Shown piece by piece: positions 15,385 to 31,973 of a stretch of DNA of 64,000 nt (positions are counted from its first letter, which is position 1; every line of letters begins with the position of its first letter). A program made the translations under genes and the position numbers. The DNA lies in the NCBI RefSeq assembly GCF_009914755.1, contig NC_060926.1. The stretch is one strand, 5' to 3'. The DNA is from the human T2T-CHM13v2.0 reference genome, Homo sapiens. The notes under the pieces are model-generated. The model had not been told where the DNA came from. It saw only the letters and a program-made list of their open reading frames with translations, and searched no databases.

Positions 15385-15684
15385 TTTTTTTTTTTTTTTT
15401 TTTTTTGAGACGGGGTCTTGCTGTGTCACCCAGGCTGGAGTGCAGTGGCGCAATCTTGGCTCACTTCAACCTCCACCTCCAGGTTCAAGCGATTCTCCTG
15501 CCTCAGCCTCCTGAATAGCTGGGACTATAGGTGCATGCCACCATGCCCAGATAATTTTTGTATTTTTAGTAGAGATGGGGTTTCATCATGTTGGCCAGGA
15601 TGGTCTTGATCTCTTGACCTCATCATTCGCCTGCTTCAGCCTCAAAAGTGCTGGGATTACAGGCATGAGCCACCGTGCCCAGCC
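15385..15684 (-). mobile_element. AluSc-like SINE
   Basis: ttggccaggatggtcttgatctcttgacctc; TSD TATACTT at 15378-15384 and 15685-15691. Confidence 0.92.
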
Positions 15685-15691
15685 TATACTT

Positions 15692-16836
15692 CTGTGTACC
15701 ACAATTGTTTCCAGTCTCTCACTTTTATTAAAGAAAAAATAATAGTAAAAAATTTATTGGCAAAGTAAGTTTTAATCTTTTTATACATGGCCTGATTATT
15801 TGCATAAAATACAGCAAAAATGGTGATTGGCCATATAGGCTCTTTTAAGTTGGCTTTGCTGAAACTTTTTAATAAGGAATCTCAGGTTAAACTTTTTAAA
15901 AGTCTCTTCAGATTACTCAAGTCAATGATTTATCTATGCCTGTAGATACCTGTATGAATTGGGTAAATTTTTCTCTTTTTGAAGTATCAGAATAACTTGG
16001 TGTTTCTGGGCCTATTAGAAAGTGACATTTCTTATTTATTACGGTTCAGTAACTTTGTAAAGAAATTGCATAGACAAGGTACAAGGCCATTTTTAAGGGA
16101 CTTTTATCAACTTTATAAGTCAACTTTAATTTTTTAAAGTAGTCTGATCATTTCTGAAAATATGTCATTTTAGTCAAAGCCTTGGCAAAATAACCGGTAT
16201 CTCTAATTGTTTCCTATTATAAAAGAGAACAGATTTTTATTGAACTTATGTAAATAATTAAATTGCCATAAATTAAGAATTCTCACATATAGTTTTTAAA
16301 TTCTGGAAAAATTAGGTAGAGAGAAAGAAATATGTTTCAAATTTTGCTTACAAATAAACAATTGCTTATTTGTAACAATTTTTATTCAATTGTTAAAAGC
16401 TATAAATATCTCAAAAGAAAAAGATTTTCTCCCCTCTGGAAAACAAAATGAAAAGGATCAGTAATCTTTTAAGTAAAATTTAAAAATTATTTTAGTCCTC
16501 CATTGGTTTAGTGTTTTGCTGGATGTTGGGTTAGCAATCCTCATGAACACATAAGCTTTTTAATGAGAGTGCTAGAAGTTTTTTATGAGTCCAATGTTAT
16601 GATTTTTAAAATTATTAGAAACCTATATTTGAGTCTTTTTTACAAATTTTTTTAAAGAAGTAAATTTGTACTGTAGAAGAATCAAAGTAAAAGCTAACAA
16701 TTGTCTATAGATGACAAAAGTCTTAGATTAGTCACAGATAAAGGCATAATTGACAAGGAAATTTGGTTATTTTTGTGACACACAATTTAACATGATTATC
16801 ATAATTATTAGTGATAACATAACTAAGACATTTAAG
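15692..16836 (-). mobile_element. ERV1 (MER4-group) internal-sequence fragment without LTRs; 14545-15377 may belong to it
   Basis: Motifs recalled from MER4-group internals: gattggccatataggctcttttaagttggctttgctg, cctgtatgaattgggtaaa, gcataattgacaaggaaatttggtta; family and strand from memory. Confidence 0.65.
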
Positions 16837-17165
16837 AATTGAACCAGAAAGAAATAAAAATCCTGAACAGACAAATAACATATAATGCAATTAAACCATT
16901 AATTCATAATCTTCCAAGAAAAAGAAAGGCCCAGGAGCGGATGGATTCACTGCTAAGTTTTACCAAATGTACAAAGAGCTGACACAAGTCTTATGAAAAC
17001 TATTCCTAAAAATAGAGGACTAAGGATTCCTTCCTAACTCATTTAAAAAAAATTATTACTCTAGTACCAAAATCAGGCAAGGACACAACAACAACAAAAG
17101 CTACAGGCCAGTGTGTCACTGATGAACACAGATGCGAAAATTCTCATGTACCCTAAAACTTAAAG

Positions 17166-17208
<43 letters not shown>

Positions 17209-17661
17209 GTTAGCAAGCTAAATCCAGAAGCACATCAAAAAGAAAATATATCATGATCACACGGGTTTTAGTGCAGGGATCCAAAAATAATTGAACATAC
17301 ACAAACCAATAAATGTGATTTACCACATAAATAGATTTAAAAGCAAAAATCATATGATAATATCAATAGATGTAGAAAAAGCATTTGATAAAATCCAACA
17401 TCCCTTCATGATAAAAACCCTCAAAATCTAGGCATCAAAAAAAAAAAACTACCTCAAAATAATAAGAGCCATATATGACAAACCCACAGCCAACATCATA
17501 TTGAATGGGGAAAAGTTGAAAGCATTTCCCCTAAGAAATAGAACAAGATGGGGAATATCCACTCTCACCACTCCTATTTAACATAGTACTGGAAGTCCTA
17601 ACCAAATCACCCAGGCAAGAGAAAGAAAGTAAAGGCATCCAGACTGGAAAACAGAAAATCA
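16834..17661 (+). mobile_element. Inverted L1 ORF2 block (segment C of the rearranged element)
   Basis: aagaattgaaccagaaagaaataaaaatcctgaacag...ccaggagcggatggattcactgc...aaaggcatccagactggaaaacagaaaatca, sense orientation between antisense L1 pieces. Confidence 0.9.
17145..17208 (+). mobile_element. Ultra-short 3' terminus of a young L1 (L1PA2/3-like) with (TAA)n tail
   Basis: CATGTACCCTAAAACTTAAAGTATAATAAT is the terminal sequence of young primate L1s. Confidence 0.85.
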
Positions 17662-19998
<2,337 letters not shown>

Positions 19999-22900
19999 TT
20001 TTTTAACTTTTAAGTTCAGGGTTACATGTGCAGGTTTGTTACACAGGTAAACTTGTATCATGGTGGTTTGTTTTACAGATTATTTGATCACTCAGGTATT
20101 AAGCCTAGTACCCATTAGGTATTTTTCCTGATCTTCTCTCTCCTCCCACCCTCCACCTTCCAGTAGGCCCCAGTGTGTTTTGTTCCCCTCTATATGTCCA
20201 TGTATTCTCATAATGTAGCTCCCACTTATAAGTGAGAACATGTGGTATTTGGTTTTCTGTTCCTATGTTACTTTGCTAAAGATAATGACCTCCAGCTTAA
20301 CACATATCCCTGTAAAGGACATAATCTTGTTCTTTGTTATTGTTGGGAACAGGCCCCCCAAAATCTGGCCATAAACTGGCCCCAAAAGTGGCCATAAACA
20401 AAATCTCTGCAGCACTGTGACATGTTCTTGATGGCCATAACACCCACACTGGAAGGTTGTGGGTTTACCGGAATGAGGGCAAGGAACACCTGGCCGCCCA
20501 GGGCAGAAAACCACTTAAAGGCATTCTTAAACCACAAACAATAGCATGAGAGATCTGTGCCTTAAGGACATGCTCCTGCTGCAGATAACTAGCTCAACCT
20601 ATCCCTTTATTTTGGCCCATCTCTTCGTTTCCCATAAGGGATACTTTTAGTTGATCTAATATCTATAGAAACAATGCTAATGACTGGCTTGCCGTTAATA
20701 AATATGTGGGTAAATTTCTGTTCAGGGCTCTCAACTCTGAAGGCTGTGAGACCCCTGATTTTCCACCTCACACCTCTATATTTCTGTGTGTGTGTCTTTA
20801 ATTCCTCTAGTGCCACTGCGTTAGGGTCTCCCCGACCAAGCTGGTCTCGGCATGTTATGGCTGCATAGTATTCCATGGTATATATGTACCACATTTTCTT
20901 TATCCAGTTTATCATTGATGGGCATTTAGGTTGATGCCATGTCTTTGCTGTGTGAGTAGTACTGCAATGAACATACATGTGCATGTGTCTTTATAACAGA
21001 ATGATTTCTGTTCCTTTGGGTATATACTCAGTAATGGGATTGCTTGGTCAAATGGTATTTCTTTCTCTAAGTCTTTGAGGAATCACCACACTGTCTTCCA
21101 CAATGGCTGAACTGTTTTACACTCCCATCCACCATGAGTAAGTGTTCCTTTCTCTCCACAACCTCACCAGAATCTGTTATTATTTGACTTTTCAATCATA
21201 GCCATTCTGACTGGTGTGAGATGGTATCTCTTGTGGATTTGATTTGCATTTATCTAATGATCAGTGATGTTGAACTTTTTTTCATATGTTCGTTAGCTGC
21301 ATGTATGTTTTCTTTTGAAAAGTGCCTGTTCATATCCGTTGCTCATTTTTTAATGGAGTTCTTTGTTTCTTGCCTGTAAATTTAAGTTTCTTGTAGACTC
21401 TTGTTATTAGACCTTTGTCAGACGCAGTTTGCAAAAATTTTCTCCCATTCTGTAGGTTTTCTGTTATCTTTGTTGATAATTTTCTTTTGCTGTGCAGAAT
21501 CTCTTTAGTTTAATTAGATCCCATTTGTCAACTTTTTCATTTTGTTGCAATTGCTTTTGGTGTCTTCATCATGAAATCTTTGCCTGTGCCTATGTCCTTA
21601 ATGGTATTGCCTAGGCTCTCTTCCTTGGATTTTATAGTTTTGGGTTTTACATTTAAGTCTTTAATGTATCTTGAATTAATTTTTGTATATACTATAAGGA
21701 AGGGATTCAGTTTCAATCTTCTGTATATGCCTCACCAGTTATCCTAGCACCATTTATTGAATAGGAAACCTTTTCCTTATTGCTTGTTTTTGTCATGTTT
21801 TCAAAGATCAGATAGTTGTAGCTGTTCAGTCTTATTTCTTGGTTCTTGATTCTGTTCCACTGCTCTATGTGTCTATTCTTTTACCAGAACCATGCTGTTT
21901 TGGTTACCATAGCCCTGAAGTATAGTTTGAAATCTGGTAGCATGATGCCTCCAGCTTTGTTCTTTTTGCTTTGGATTTCCTTGTCAATTTGGGCTCTTTT
22001 TTGGTTCTATCTGAATTTTAAAATAGTTTTTTTTTTCTAGTTCTTTGAAGAATGTCATTGGTAGTATGATAGGAATAGCATTTAATTTATAAATTGCTTT
22101 GGGCAGTATGACCATTTTAATGATATTGATTCTTTCTATCCATGATCATGGAATGTTTTTCCATTTGTTTGTGTCATCTCTGATTTCTTAGAGCAGTGTT
22201 TTGTAGTTCTTCATATAAAGATCTTTCACCTCCCTAATAAGCTGTATTCCTAGGCATTTTATTCATTTTGTGGCAATTGTGAATGGGAGTTTGTTCCTGA
22301 TTTGGCTCTTTCTTTGACTGTTGTTGGTGTATTGGAATGCTAGTGAATTTTGCACATTGATTGGGCATCCTGAGACTTTGCTGAAGTTGTTTATTTGTCA
22401 AAGAAGCTTTGGGGCTGAGACTCTGGGATTTTCTAGATATAGAATCATGTTGTCTGCAAATAGAGATAATTTGACTTCCCCTCTTCCTATTTGCATGCCT
22501 TTATTTCTTTCTCTTCCCTGACTGCCCTGGCCAGAACTTCCAATACTATGTTGAATAGGCATAGTGAGAGAGGGCATCCTTATATTGTGCCAATTTTCAA
22601 AAGGAATGCTTCCAGCTTTTGCTCATTCAGTATGATGTTGGCTGTGGGTGTGTAATAGATGGATTTTATTATTTTGAGGTATGTGTCTTCAATACCTCGT
22701 TTATTGGAGAGTTTTTAGCATGGATGGATGTTGAGTTTTATTGAAAGCCTTTTCTGCATCTGTTGAGATAATCAAGTTTTTGTCTTTAGTTCTGTTTATG
22801 TGATAAATCACAGTTTCTTAATTTGTGTGTGTTGAACTTGCATGCATCTCAGGGATAATGCTGACTTGATCTTGGTGGACAAACTTCCTGATGTGCTGCT

Positions 22901-25900
22901 AGATTGCCAGTATTTGTTTAGGATTTTTGTATCAATATTCATCAGGGATATTGGCCTGAAGTTTTGTTTTTTGTTTTGTTTTGTTTTTGTTATTGTATCC
23001 CTGACAGGCTTTGGGATCAGGATGATGGTGGCCTCATAGAATGAATTAGGGGGGAGTCCCTCCCCTCAGTTTTTTGGAGTGGTTTCAGTAGGAATGGCAC
23101 TAGCTCTTCTTTGTACATCTGGTAGAATTCAGGTGTGAATCCGTCTAGTTCTGGGATTTTTTTGGTTAGTAGGTTATTTATTGTTGCCTTGATTTCAGAG
23201 CTCATTATTGGTCTGTTCAGGGATTCAGTTTCTTCCTGGCTCAGTCTCGGGAAGAGGTATATGTCCAGGAATTTATCCATTTCTTCTACATTTTCTAGTT
23301 TATGTGCATAGAGGTGTTCGTAATGTTCTCTGATGTTTCTTTGTATTTCTGTGGGGTCAATGGTAATATCCCCCTTTTTTGTTTCTGATTGTGATTATTT
23401 GCTCTTCTCTCTTTTCATCTTTATTAGTCTAGCTAGCAGTCTATCTATCTATTTTATTAATTTTTTCCAAAAAAACAGCTCCTGGTTCATTGATCTTTTG
23501 AATGGTTTTTCATATCTCAATCTCCTTCAGTTCAGCTCTGATTCTGGTTCTTTCTTGTCTTCAGCTAGCTTTAGGATTTGTTTGCCCTTGTTTCTCTAGT
23601 TCTTGTAGTTGTGATGTCAGGTTGTTAACTTGAGATCTTTCTTTCTAACTTTTTGATGTGGGTATTTAGTGCTATAAATTTCCCTCTTAACACTGCCTTA
23701 GCTGTGTCCCAGAGATTCTGATATGTTGTATCTTTGTTCTCATTAGTCTCAAAGAACTTCTTGACTTCTATCTTAATTTCATTATTTACCCAAAAGTCAT
23801 TCAGGAGCAGGTTATTCAATTTCCATGTAATTGTATCTTTTTGAGCAAATTTCTTAATCTTGATTTCTAATTTGATTGTGCTATGGTCTGAGAGAGTGGT
23901 TGCTATGATTACAGTTCTTTTGCATTTTCTGAGGAGTGTTTTACTTCCAATTATGTATTTTACAGTATGTGCCATGTTGCAATGAAAAGAATGTATATCT
24001 GTTGTTTCTGTGTGGAGAGTTATGTAGATATCTATCAGGTACATTTGATCCAGTGCTGAGTTCAGTTCCTGAATATCTTTGTTAATTTTCTGTCTCAATT
24101 ATCTGTCTAATATCATCAATGGGGTATTGATGTCTCCCACTATTACTGTATGGGAGTCTATGTCTCATTGAAGGTCCCTAAGAATGTGCTTTATGAATCT
24201 GGGTCCTCCTGTGTTGGGTGCATATATATTTAGGATAGTTAGCTCTTCTTGTTGAGTTTAACCCTTTACCATTATGTAATGCCCTTCTGTGTCCTTTTTG
24301 ATCTTTGTTGGTTTAAAGTCTGTTTTGTCTAAAATTAGGATTGCAACTCCTCCTTTTGTCTGTTTTCCATTTTCTTGGTAGGTTTTTCTCTATCCCTTTA
24401 TTTTGAGCCTATTTGGGTCACTGCATGTGAGACGGATCTATTGAAGACAGAATACCATTGGGTCTTGGCTCTTTATCCAGCTTGCCACTCTATGTCTTTT
24501 AATTAGGGCATTTAGTCCATTTACATTTAAGGTTAGTATTGGTATGTGTGGATTTGACTCTCATTATGGTGTTAGATGATTATTTTGCAGATTTGTTTAT
24601 GTGGTTGCTTTATAGTGTCACTGGTCTGTGTACTTAAGTGTGTATTTGTAGTGGCTGGTAACAATCTTTTCTATCCATCTTTAATGCTTCCTTTAGGTGC
24701 TTTTGTAGGGCAGGTCTGGTGGTAACAATTCCCTCAGCATTTGCTTGTCTGAAGAGGATGTTATTTCTCCTTTGCTTATGAAGCTTAGTTTGGCCAGATA
24801 TAAAATTCTGGTTTGGAAATTCTTTTTTTTTTAAGAATGTTGAATATTGGCCCCCATTCTCTTCTGGCTTGTAGAGTTTCAGCTGAGATGTCCATTATTA
24901 GTCAGGGGCTTCTCTTTGTAGGTGATGTGGACTTTCCCTCCAGCTGCCTTTAACATTTTGTTTTTTTATTTTGACCTTGGAGCATATGAAGATTATATGT
25001 CTTGGGGATGATCTTCTTGTGGAGTGTCTTACTGAGGTTCTCTGCGTTTCCTGAATTTAAGTGTTGCCCTGTCTAGCTAGGTTGAGGAAATCCTCATGGA
25101 TGATATCCTGAAATATGTTTTCCCAATTGGTTTCATTCTCCCCATCTCTTTCAGGTACACCAAGACATTGTACATTTGGTCTATTTACATAATCCCATAT
25201 GTCTCGGAGGTTTTGTTCATTCCTTTTCATTCTTTTTTTCTCTAGTCTTCTCTACCTGTCTTATTTAAGAAAGCCAGGCTTCAAGCTTTGAGATTCTTTA
25301 CTCCACTTGGCCTATTCTGCTATTAATACTTTTGTAATTGCATTATGAAATTCTTGTTTTTAAGTTCTGTCAGGGTGGCTATGTTCTTCTCTATACTGGT
25401 CATTTTGTCTGTCATCTCCCATAATGTTTTATCATTATTTTTAGCTTCCTCGCACTGGGTTACAATGTACTCCTATAGCTCAGTGTACTTCCTTTCCATT
25501 CAAATTCTAAATTCTACTTCTGTCATTTCAGCCATCTCAGCCTCAGCCTGGCTTTAAACCCTCTCTGAAGAGGTGATGCAATCATTTGGAGAAAAGAAGG
25601 TACTCTGACTTTTTGAGTTTTTAGTATTCTTGTGCTGATTCTTTCTCATGTTTGTGGGCCTATCTACCTTCAATCTTTGAGGTTGCTGACCTTTGGATAG
25701 GTTTTTTTTTTCTTTTATCCTATTTGATGACCATGAGGGTTTGATTGTGTTATAAGGTGGAGTCAGCTGACTAGCTTCATTTCTGGGAGATTTTAGGGGG
25801 CCAACACTCAGCTCTCAACCTTTGGACTGTGTACTATAATTCTGGGGGACTTCTATTGGGCCCCAACTTTGTTCTCTGGTTTGAACCTTGAGGTTTGGAG

Positions 25901-26076
25901 TTCACTTTGCCGGGGGAACCAAAGTGTGGCAGCTGCAGCAAAGTGCAAGTGGATACAGGGGTTCCTACCTCCCTGAGAGCATTCACCACAGTGGTAGAGG
26001 CAAGGCAGCAGCTGGGACAGCAGGTTGTGGGGTGTCCTGCTGGAGACTGTGCTGTTGCACTAGAGGTGATGTTGGC
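19999..26076 (-). mobile_element. L1PA13-like element (3' UTR, ORF2, ORF1, partial 5' UTR) nested in the older L1
   Basis: 3' end ttttaagttcagggttacatgtgcaggtttgttacacaggtaaacttgt; ORF2 remnants 23017..23280- (MDKFLD..PRLSQEE..SLNRPI) and 23625..24098- ([37 protein letters not shown]); many frameshifts. Confidence 0.9.
20341..20852 (+). mobile_element. MER9 solo LTR (HERV-K HML-3 family)
   Basis: TG...CA termini, starts tgttgggaacaggccccccaaaatctggcc, 512 bp, perfect 6-bp TSD TGTTAT at 20335-20340 and 20853-20858 (6 bp is typical of class II ERVs). Confidence 0.93.
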
Positions 26077-27912
26077 TGGTTTATTTTTTGTTGGTTTTCA
26101 ACTTTCTCTTGGATCTCATTGAGCTTCCTTATAGTCTATATTTCTAATTTTTTATCTGTCATTTTCAAATTTTCATTCTATTGAGGATCCATTGCCATAG
26201 AAGTAGTGTGATCTTTTGGAGGTGTCAAAGCACTCTTTTTACACTGCTGGAGTTACTGAGCTGATTCCTTCTCTTCTAAAGAAACCGTCATTTTCTTTCT
26301 TTCTTTTTTTTTTTTTGAAATTGCTATTGTTTGCAAGGGACTTTATATTTATTTTTTCCTCCCTTGAAGGTGTGACTGTAGTACATATTTTGTATGATCA
26401 TTTGGCTTCTGGGTGCTTTTAGACAACCGAGGCTCTGTATGAATTCATTGGTTATAGATAGCTTTTGTGTGGTGGCTTTCTCAAATTCTGCTTGTTGTAG
26501 CTATACATTGGGCATATGAGCCAATTCACTCTCTTCTAGGAGGCCAGGAATACAGGGATCTCAGGTAGCTGATGTCCTCCCTAGCACTGTGTCCTTCTGT
26601 CAGCCACTTTTTGTTTTGTTTTGGTTTTTGTTTTGTTTTTGGTGAAGTTTGGTCTCCAGTAGGTGGTGCCAGAGCCAGTTTCCCTTTGGATATTGAGATG
26701 ATGTGTGGAAGCACCTGCCCTAATGAAGCTCATGGAGGGAGTTTGTGGTGGGATGCACTGAGGTTTCCAGGGTGGTAAAGAGAGGGCTGCACCAGCTCCC
26801 CATCCTGGGAAGTCAGGAATATGATCCACTTCCATATCATGCCCCTATCTCAGGGTTCATGGCCTTCAGTTCAGATAGTCACTGTCCTTTATCTCCAGGC
26901 CACAATGCAACTTAGGTCTGTGAGAAATGCCTGTCTGGTGGCTACTGATGAAATGACCTTTCAGCAGAACCTCTTCCCCCAACACCAAACAGATGACTCC
27001 GCAGTTAGTTGGTTTACACTGTTTTGCAGTGATGCTGCCACTCTGTGTAGAAAGGCAGAAATTAGCCCCGTTCTATGTACAAGCCTAAGCAGTGGGCACA
27101 CCTTCACTGAGGACACAGCTATCCCAAAAAATGCTGGAAGGAGGACACTTACGGCAACCTCCAACAGGAAAGGCCTTGGCTACCTCTGCAGCAGTGTACG
27201 GGACAGTGGGAGATCCATTTCTGGCCACTAGGGTCACCTATCCACTAGGGCAGAACAGTGCCCCCTTTGGAGATCAGCACTGTTACCTGCATTTCCTCTG
27301 TTCCGAGGAGCGCTTTGGCAGTCTGCATTCCCCCTCTCTCCCTCTCTCTAGGGTCAGCACACTCGAAGGACTATACCTCTAGGGATCCCACAGCTCCCCA
27401 GGGACCTGATGGACCTCTGTAGTTGCCAAAGTCACCGTGGGTTTTGAGGTTCCCTGGGTAGGTTAATGACCCATAACAGATACACAAACAGTGTGGTCCC
27501 TGCCACCTGAGTCTGAGTTTGGTGTGAGTGTGAGCACACATGGAGGAAATGGCTGCCTCGTGCTGTGCCTGCTGGAAGTTCCCAAATTGCCACCAACAAA
27601 CAGCATTGTTCTGGGTTGATTGATAGGGGAACCCCGACAGTTTGGCTGTTAGTAGTCTGTCACACAGGTGAGAGGAGCAAGAGATCCCCCTATTGTAACC
27701 TTTTGTCAGGACTCTAACTAACTTCCTCTGGGGTCAATCTCTGCCAGATTCTGGCTGCCTTCCTTTTCTGCATCCCAACTTCTTTGTATGGGTTCTCCAA
27801 CAGGTTTCAGCACACTTTCCTCAGTTCCACTTGGGTCATGATTATTCACCTGCAAATTTGATCTTCTTTCTGAGGAGAAATGGCATCCAACATCTCTAGT
27901 CAACTGTCTGGG
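26077..27912 (-). mobile_element. L1PA16/L1PB-like ORF1 start and 5' UTR (segment A)
   Basis: ORF1-type sequence resumes at ggttttcaactttctcttggatctcattgagcttcc; ends gatcttctttctgaggagaaatggcatccaacatctctagtcaactgtct, resembling an L1 5' start. Confidence 0.8.
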
Positions 27913-30619
27913 GAAAAAAACTAATTTACTTTCTAAATGTTTCCCTTTAGTTAGTTAAGTTTAAAATGTGATTTCCTCCAGGAAATAATGATAATCTCTC
28001 TCTTTTGTGGCTGAAATGTATGCCCCACTCTACATAGCATACTTAGAGTCAGTGATGTGGATCCCACCCTCATACACCCTTACTCTTTTTTTATTTGAAG
28101 TAATAAAATAAAAACCTTTATCAAATGAAATGAGTTAATACTGACAGCGTATATTTGAAAATGAAAAATTGTAAATTTATAAGCATAAAAGTATCTCCAC
28201 ACTAATAAGAGGAATTATTCAAAGAAAGAAAAAATATTTTACATGGGTTTTAGTGTGTGAATCATTTCCTTTGTGATGAAAATGATCGTGTTTAATGATA
28301 TGAATCATATCTTTTAACAGTTATGATAAATCTTCTAAATTCAAACTGAAAATTATATATCAGAGTCTTCCAAATTAAAAACAAAAGAAAAACCCTCCCA
28401 GGGTGAGTTAGTAATTTTTAGAGCTGTATTATCTCTCAGTTTATGCACTTGAATACCACTTGGTAAATGTACCTGCTGCACCAAAGTATACTTTAGTTTC
28501 ATGCAGAGTAAAGATAACTCATTATATCCTTTTTATCATTTGAACATCAATGGCTATGGAAAAAGTAATTTTCATCCTGGGTAAATTTGCTCATATTCTC
28601 AAGGTGTACATGGACCTGACTTTGAGCTGTGTGTATAGGGTTCTTGGTATATTATTTAGTATAGGTCTAGCACATTCCAGAGCAGATTAATCATCCTCTA
28701 AATGCTCACTTCTCACAAACAGAAACCAATGTATCGACCTCCATGTGCCCTAACCTGCTGAGCTGTGTTGATTTGATTTATGGGAAGTTGATCATTCACA
28801 CTAATAATCTTTTATCACCTTATGTATGGGGAGCACAAGGCATTGGGTTATTTTTTTGGCTTTTGCAGGAGTCTATCCTTAGAATACAACAGTGATTTAT
28901 AATTATTTTTCTGAAGTATCATTTAGATATTCTAAGCAAAAAGTCTCATACAGTGTAATATAATTAGTACTCTATTTCTGAATGGACTTTCCCTTTCTTG
29001 CTTTTTTTGAAGCGGATTATCTAAGCTCATTTCTATTGAGAGAGATCTGCTAACAAAGCATTCAAGTTAGGGTTATCACTGTCAAAATGAAGTGGAAAAT
29101 GGCAACAACTCCTTTTTTCATTAAAAGCTAAATAAACAAAAATTCATTTAGTATTAAAAAAATGATGACAGGAAGAAAACCAACAAAGCTACCTGCGAAT
29201 ATTTCATTACATAATTTTAAACAACTTAACTATAGATAAAATTGTTTTCAGTAAACAAAATACTTTAAAAAAAAACAGGTAAGTCAAATCAAACATTTAC
29301 TTTAGTGAAATTGAAATTATTATTTACCTACCTAAGTGTCATCTTTAAGAAAATGAAAATCACCATAAATATTTGTCAATGCTGCAATATATACTAATTA
29401 TTCCAACCAATACTACTACTATCTACCAAACTATGTGCATTCCTGAAAGGACCTTTGTGAAGTTACATTACTTTTCATTAATTTTAAGGACTTTCTTTTC
29501 CCTGGATCTTTAATTTACATGTGTCAGAGTGCTCCCAAGGATTCGATTACTTTTCATTTTATTCTAGAATGTTGATAAGATATATTTGGGAACATTTATC
29601 TAAGCTGCCATTTCATTTTTAGTAAAATTAGGACATAAACATGCAAACATTATACCTCCTTGTAAGGCTTAAATAGGTCAGTGTACTGCCCTGGCACATA
29701 GTAAGAATTGCATAAATATTATCTAGTTTGAAAAGTTTTTATAATTCCTACTAATTAACATTCACTAGTTTAAAGTATTTCTACAAATAATTTTTATATT
29801 TTTCTCTTTTTTCACATGACCTCTTTGCAATTCTTCTATCCATATTCTTCTCCAAGTTCTTTGGTTTTATTTCCAAAATAAAAGTCCTGAAATGAACAAT
29901 CAGATCTAAATACCACATTCAGGATAATGACCATGAGCACTGAATGGCAGCATAACATTTAATGTTTTATTCTTTTGTTTTTAATTTTTAACTGCTTTTT
30001 TTCTTCTATACAACTAAACAATGGCTCGTATCTTTATTAGCTGCCTGAAATGACTCCTAAGTATTCTAAAGAGATTATTGCTAATTCAAAATATATGATT
30101 ATGCACTGGTAATTATTCCAAATAAATCTACTTAATAGTAGCATTATTGATTTGTCAACTTGCAGCATTGTATTTGTATCTAGGCCTAATAATTTTGTAT
30201 TTATTTCCAATTTTTCTGTGGTTCAGTGACTAACATTGCATTGTTACTACAAACTAGATGAACTGAAAATCAGCATGCACATGGTCAGTTGCTTCTGGAA
30301 ATAATTTTAATTTTGCCTTGAGTTATACTTTCTTAGAAATGGAATTATTACCATCCCATGAATATCATTTTTCACATACTTAACATATTTTTTCATAAGT
30401 TAGTTCCATTTATGTAAATATGGTTGTAGCTGCCTAGTGTTAAAACTTATGGATGACAATTAGCACAAATATTGAGTTACATTTACTTATATAGGATTTC
30501 TAAAAGTGCTTTGGGAAACCCCAAGTTTATACTAAGTGCTAACTTTAATCTTGTTTCCAAGTTCTAAAACATGAATGACATCATGAAGTCTCATTCTGAA
30601 TTTTCAGTGTTGATATTTA

Positions 30620-30722
30620 TTCAGCAATAGGAGCAAAGACCCTACAGTCAGTCTCTGTGGGTTTGAATCCCACCCTTATCACTCACTAGAGAAACCTTAG
30701 GAAAGTTACTTAACATCTTCTC
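30620..30722 (+). mobile_element. MIR fragment
   Basis: gggtttgaatccc...accttaggaaagttacttaacatct MIR core. Confidence 0.7.
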
Positions 30723-31640
30723 AAATACCTTGTTGAATTTGGAATGACTGCTTTTAGGATAAATGGAGGTAAGAAAAGAGGATATTCCAATAAAGTGGAA
30801 CAGTTTAATAAAGGCATGGGCAGGAGACCCAAAGAAGTAATTGATTAAGTTAGGGGATGCACATGGTGTAATAAGTTGGAAATGTTTAAAAAAAGTGGGT
30901 TCACATTATGGAAGACATTCTTGAACATCCAGAGAAATAGTTGGGCGAAAGGTACTATAATGAAAGCTGTTTTAAAAACACTACAAGAGTAACTCATGCA
31001 TGAGGAAAGAATAAAAAATGAATGCTGTTGAAGCAAGAAAGTAGCTACTGCATTCAGCCTGATGGGTAGTGGAGAAGGTTAAACCAATATGATACTGTAT
31101 TAAAAAAAAAAAAGAAGGAATTGGAAAAATATGAGAGAATTCTAATGAAATAATTGCACGGATGAATGCTTCTGAGCCCATCACATCCTAGTCACAATTC
31201 CTGGTTTCATTTATTTTGTTTCACTGTTTTTCAATAGCAAGAGAGGAATTAACAGCTAACTGAGGCAAGCATCAGCACAGAGGCAGGGAGCATTAGGGGT
31301 GGAGCAGTCAGGGAACAGGAAGACTGCAGTGTCATCTTGAGTGACACCAAAGAATATAGCCCCATACCACCTATTTCCTCCATCTGTTAACAACATTTCT
31401 CAAAACCAGGGCTACTGTCAAATTTATAAATACTGTTATTTCTAAATGTATTTAACTGATTTAAATATGTTTGCTACTGCTGGTTCCCTTATAATCTCCA
31501 TTTATAATATTTAAAAGGTTCTGTGTTGGCATTCAGATGGAAGAAAAAGCATGAGAAATTTCATCTTGAATATGAGGTTATCTAAGGAAAGAATTCGGTT
31601 AGCTTCAGGTGAATTTATTCTTCCCCCCTCCAGCCCCATC

Positions 31641-31644
31641 TTTT

Positions 31645-31687
<43 letters not shown>

Positions 31688-31973
31688 TTTTGAAACAAGG
31701 TCTTGCTCTGTCACTCAAGCTGGAGTGCAGTGGCACAATAACAGCTCCCTGCAACCTTGAACTGCCAGGCTCAGGTGATCCTCCCACCTCAGTACTCTGA
31801 GTGTCTGGGACTACAGGCGTGCGCCATCATGCCTGGCTAATTTTTAATTTTTTTGTAGAGTTGGGGTCTCACTATGTTGTCCAGGCTAGTCTCAAACTCC
31901 TAGACTCAAGCAATCCTTTCACTTTGGCCTCCCAAAGTGTTGGGATTACAAGCATGAGCCACTGCACCTGGCC
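31641..31973 (-). mobile_element. AluJ with (TTTA)n tail
   Basis: AluJ-type features (gctcaggtgatcctcccacctcag, gggtctcactatgttgtccagg, ctcaagcaatcc). Confidence 0.92.

Noticed and set aside
23017-24098. L1 ORF2 fragments as a functional retrotransposon
   Set aside because: Frameshifts, stops, a MER9 insertion in the 3' region and a truncated 5' UTR
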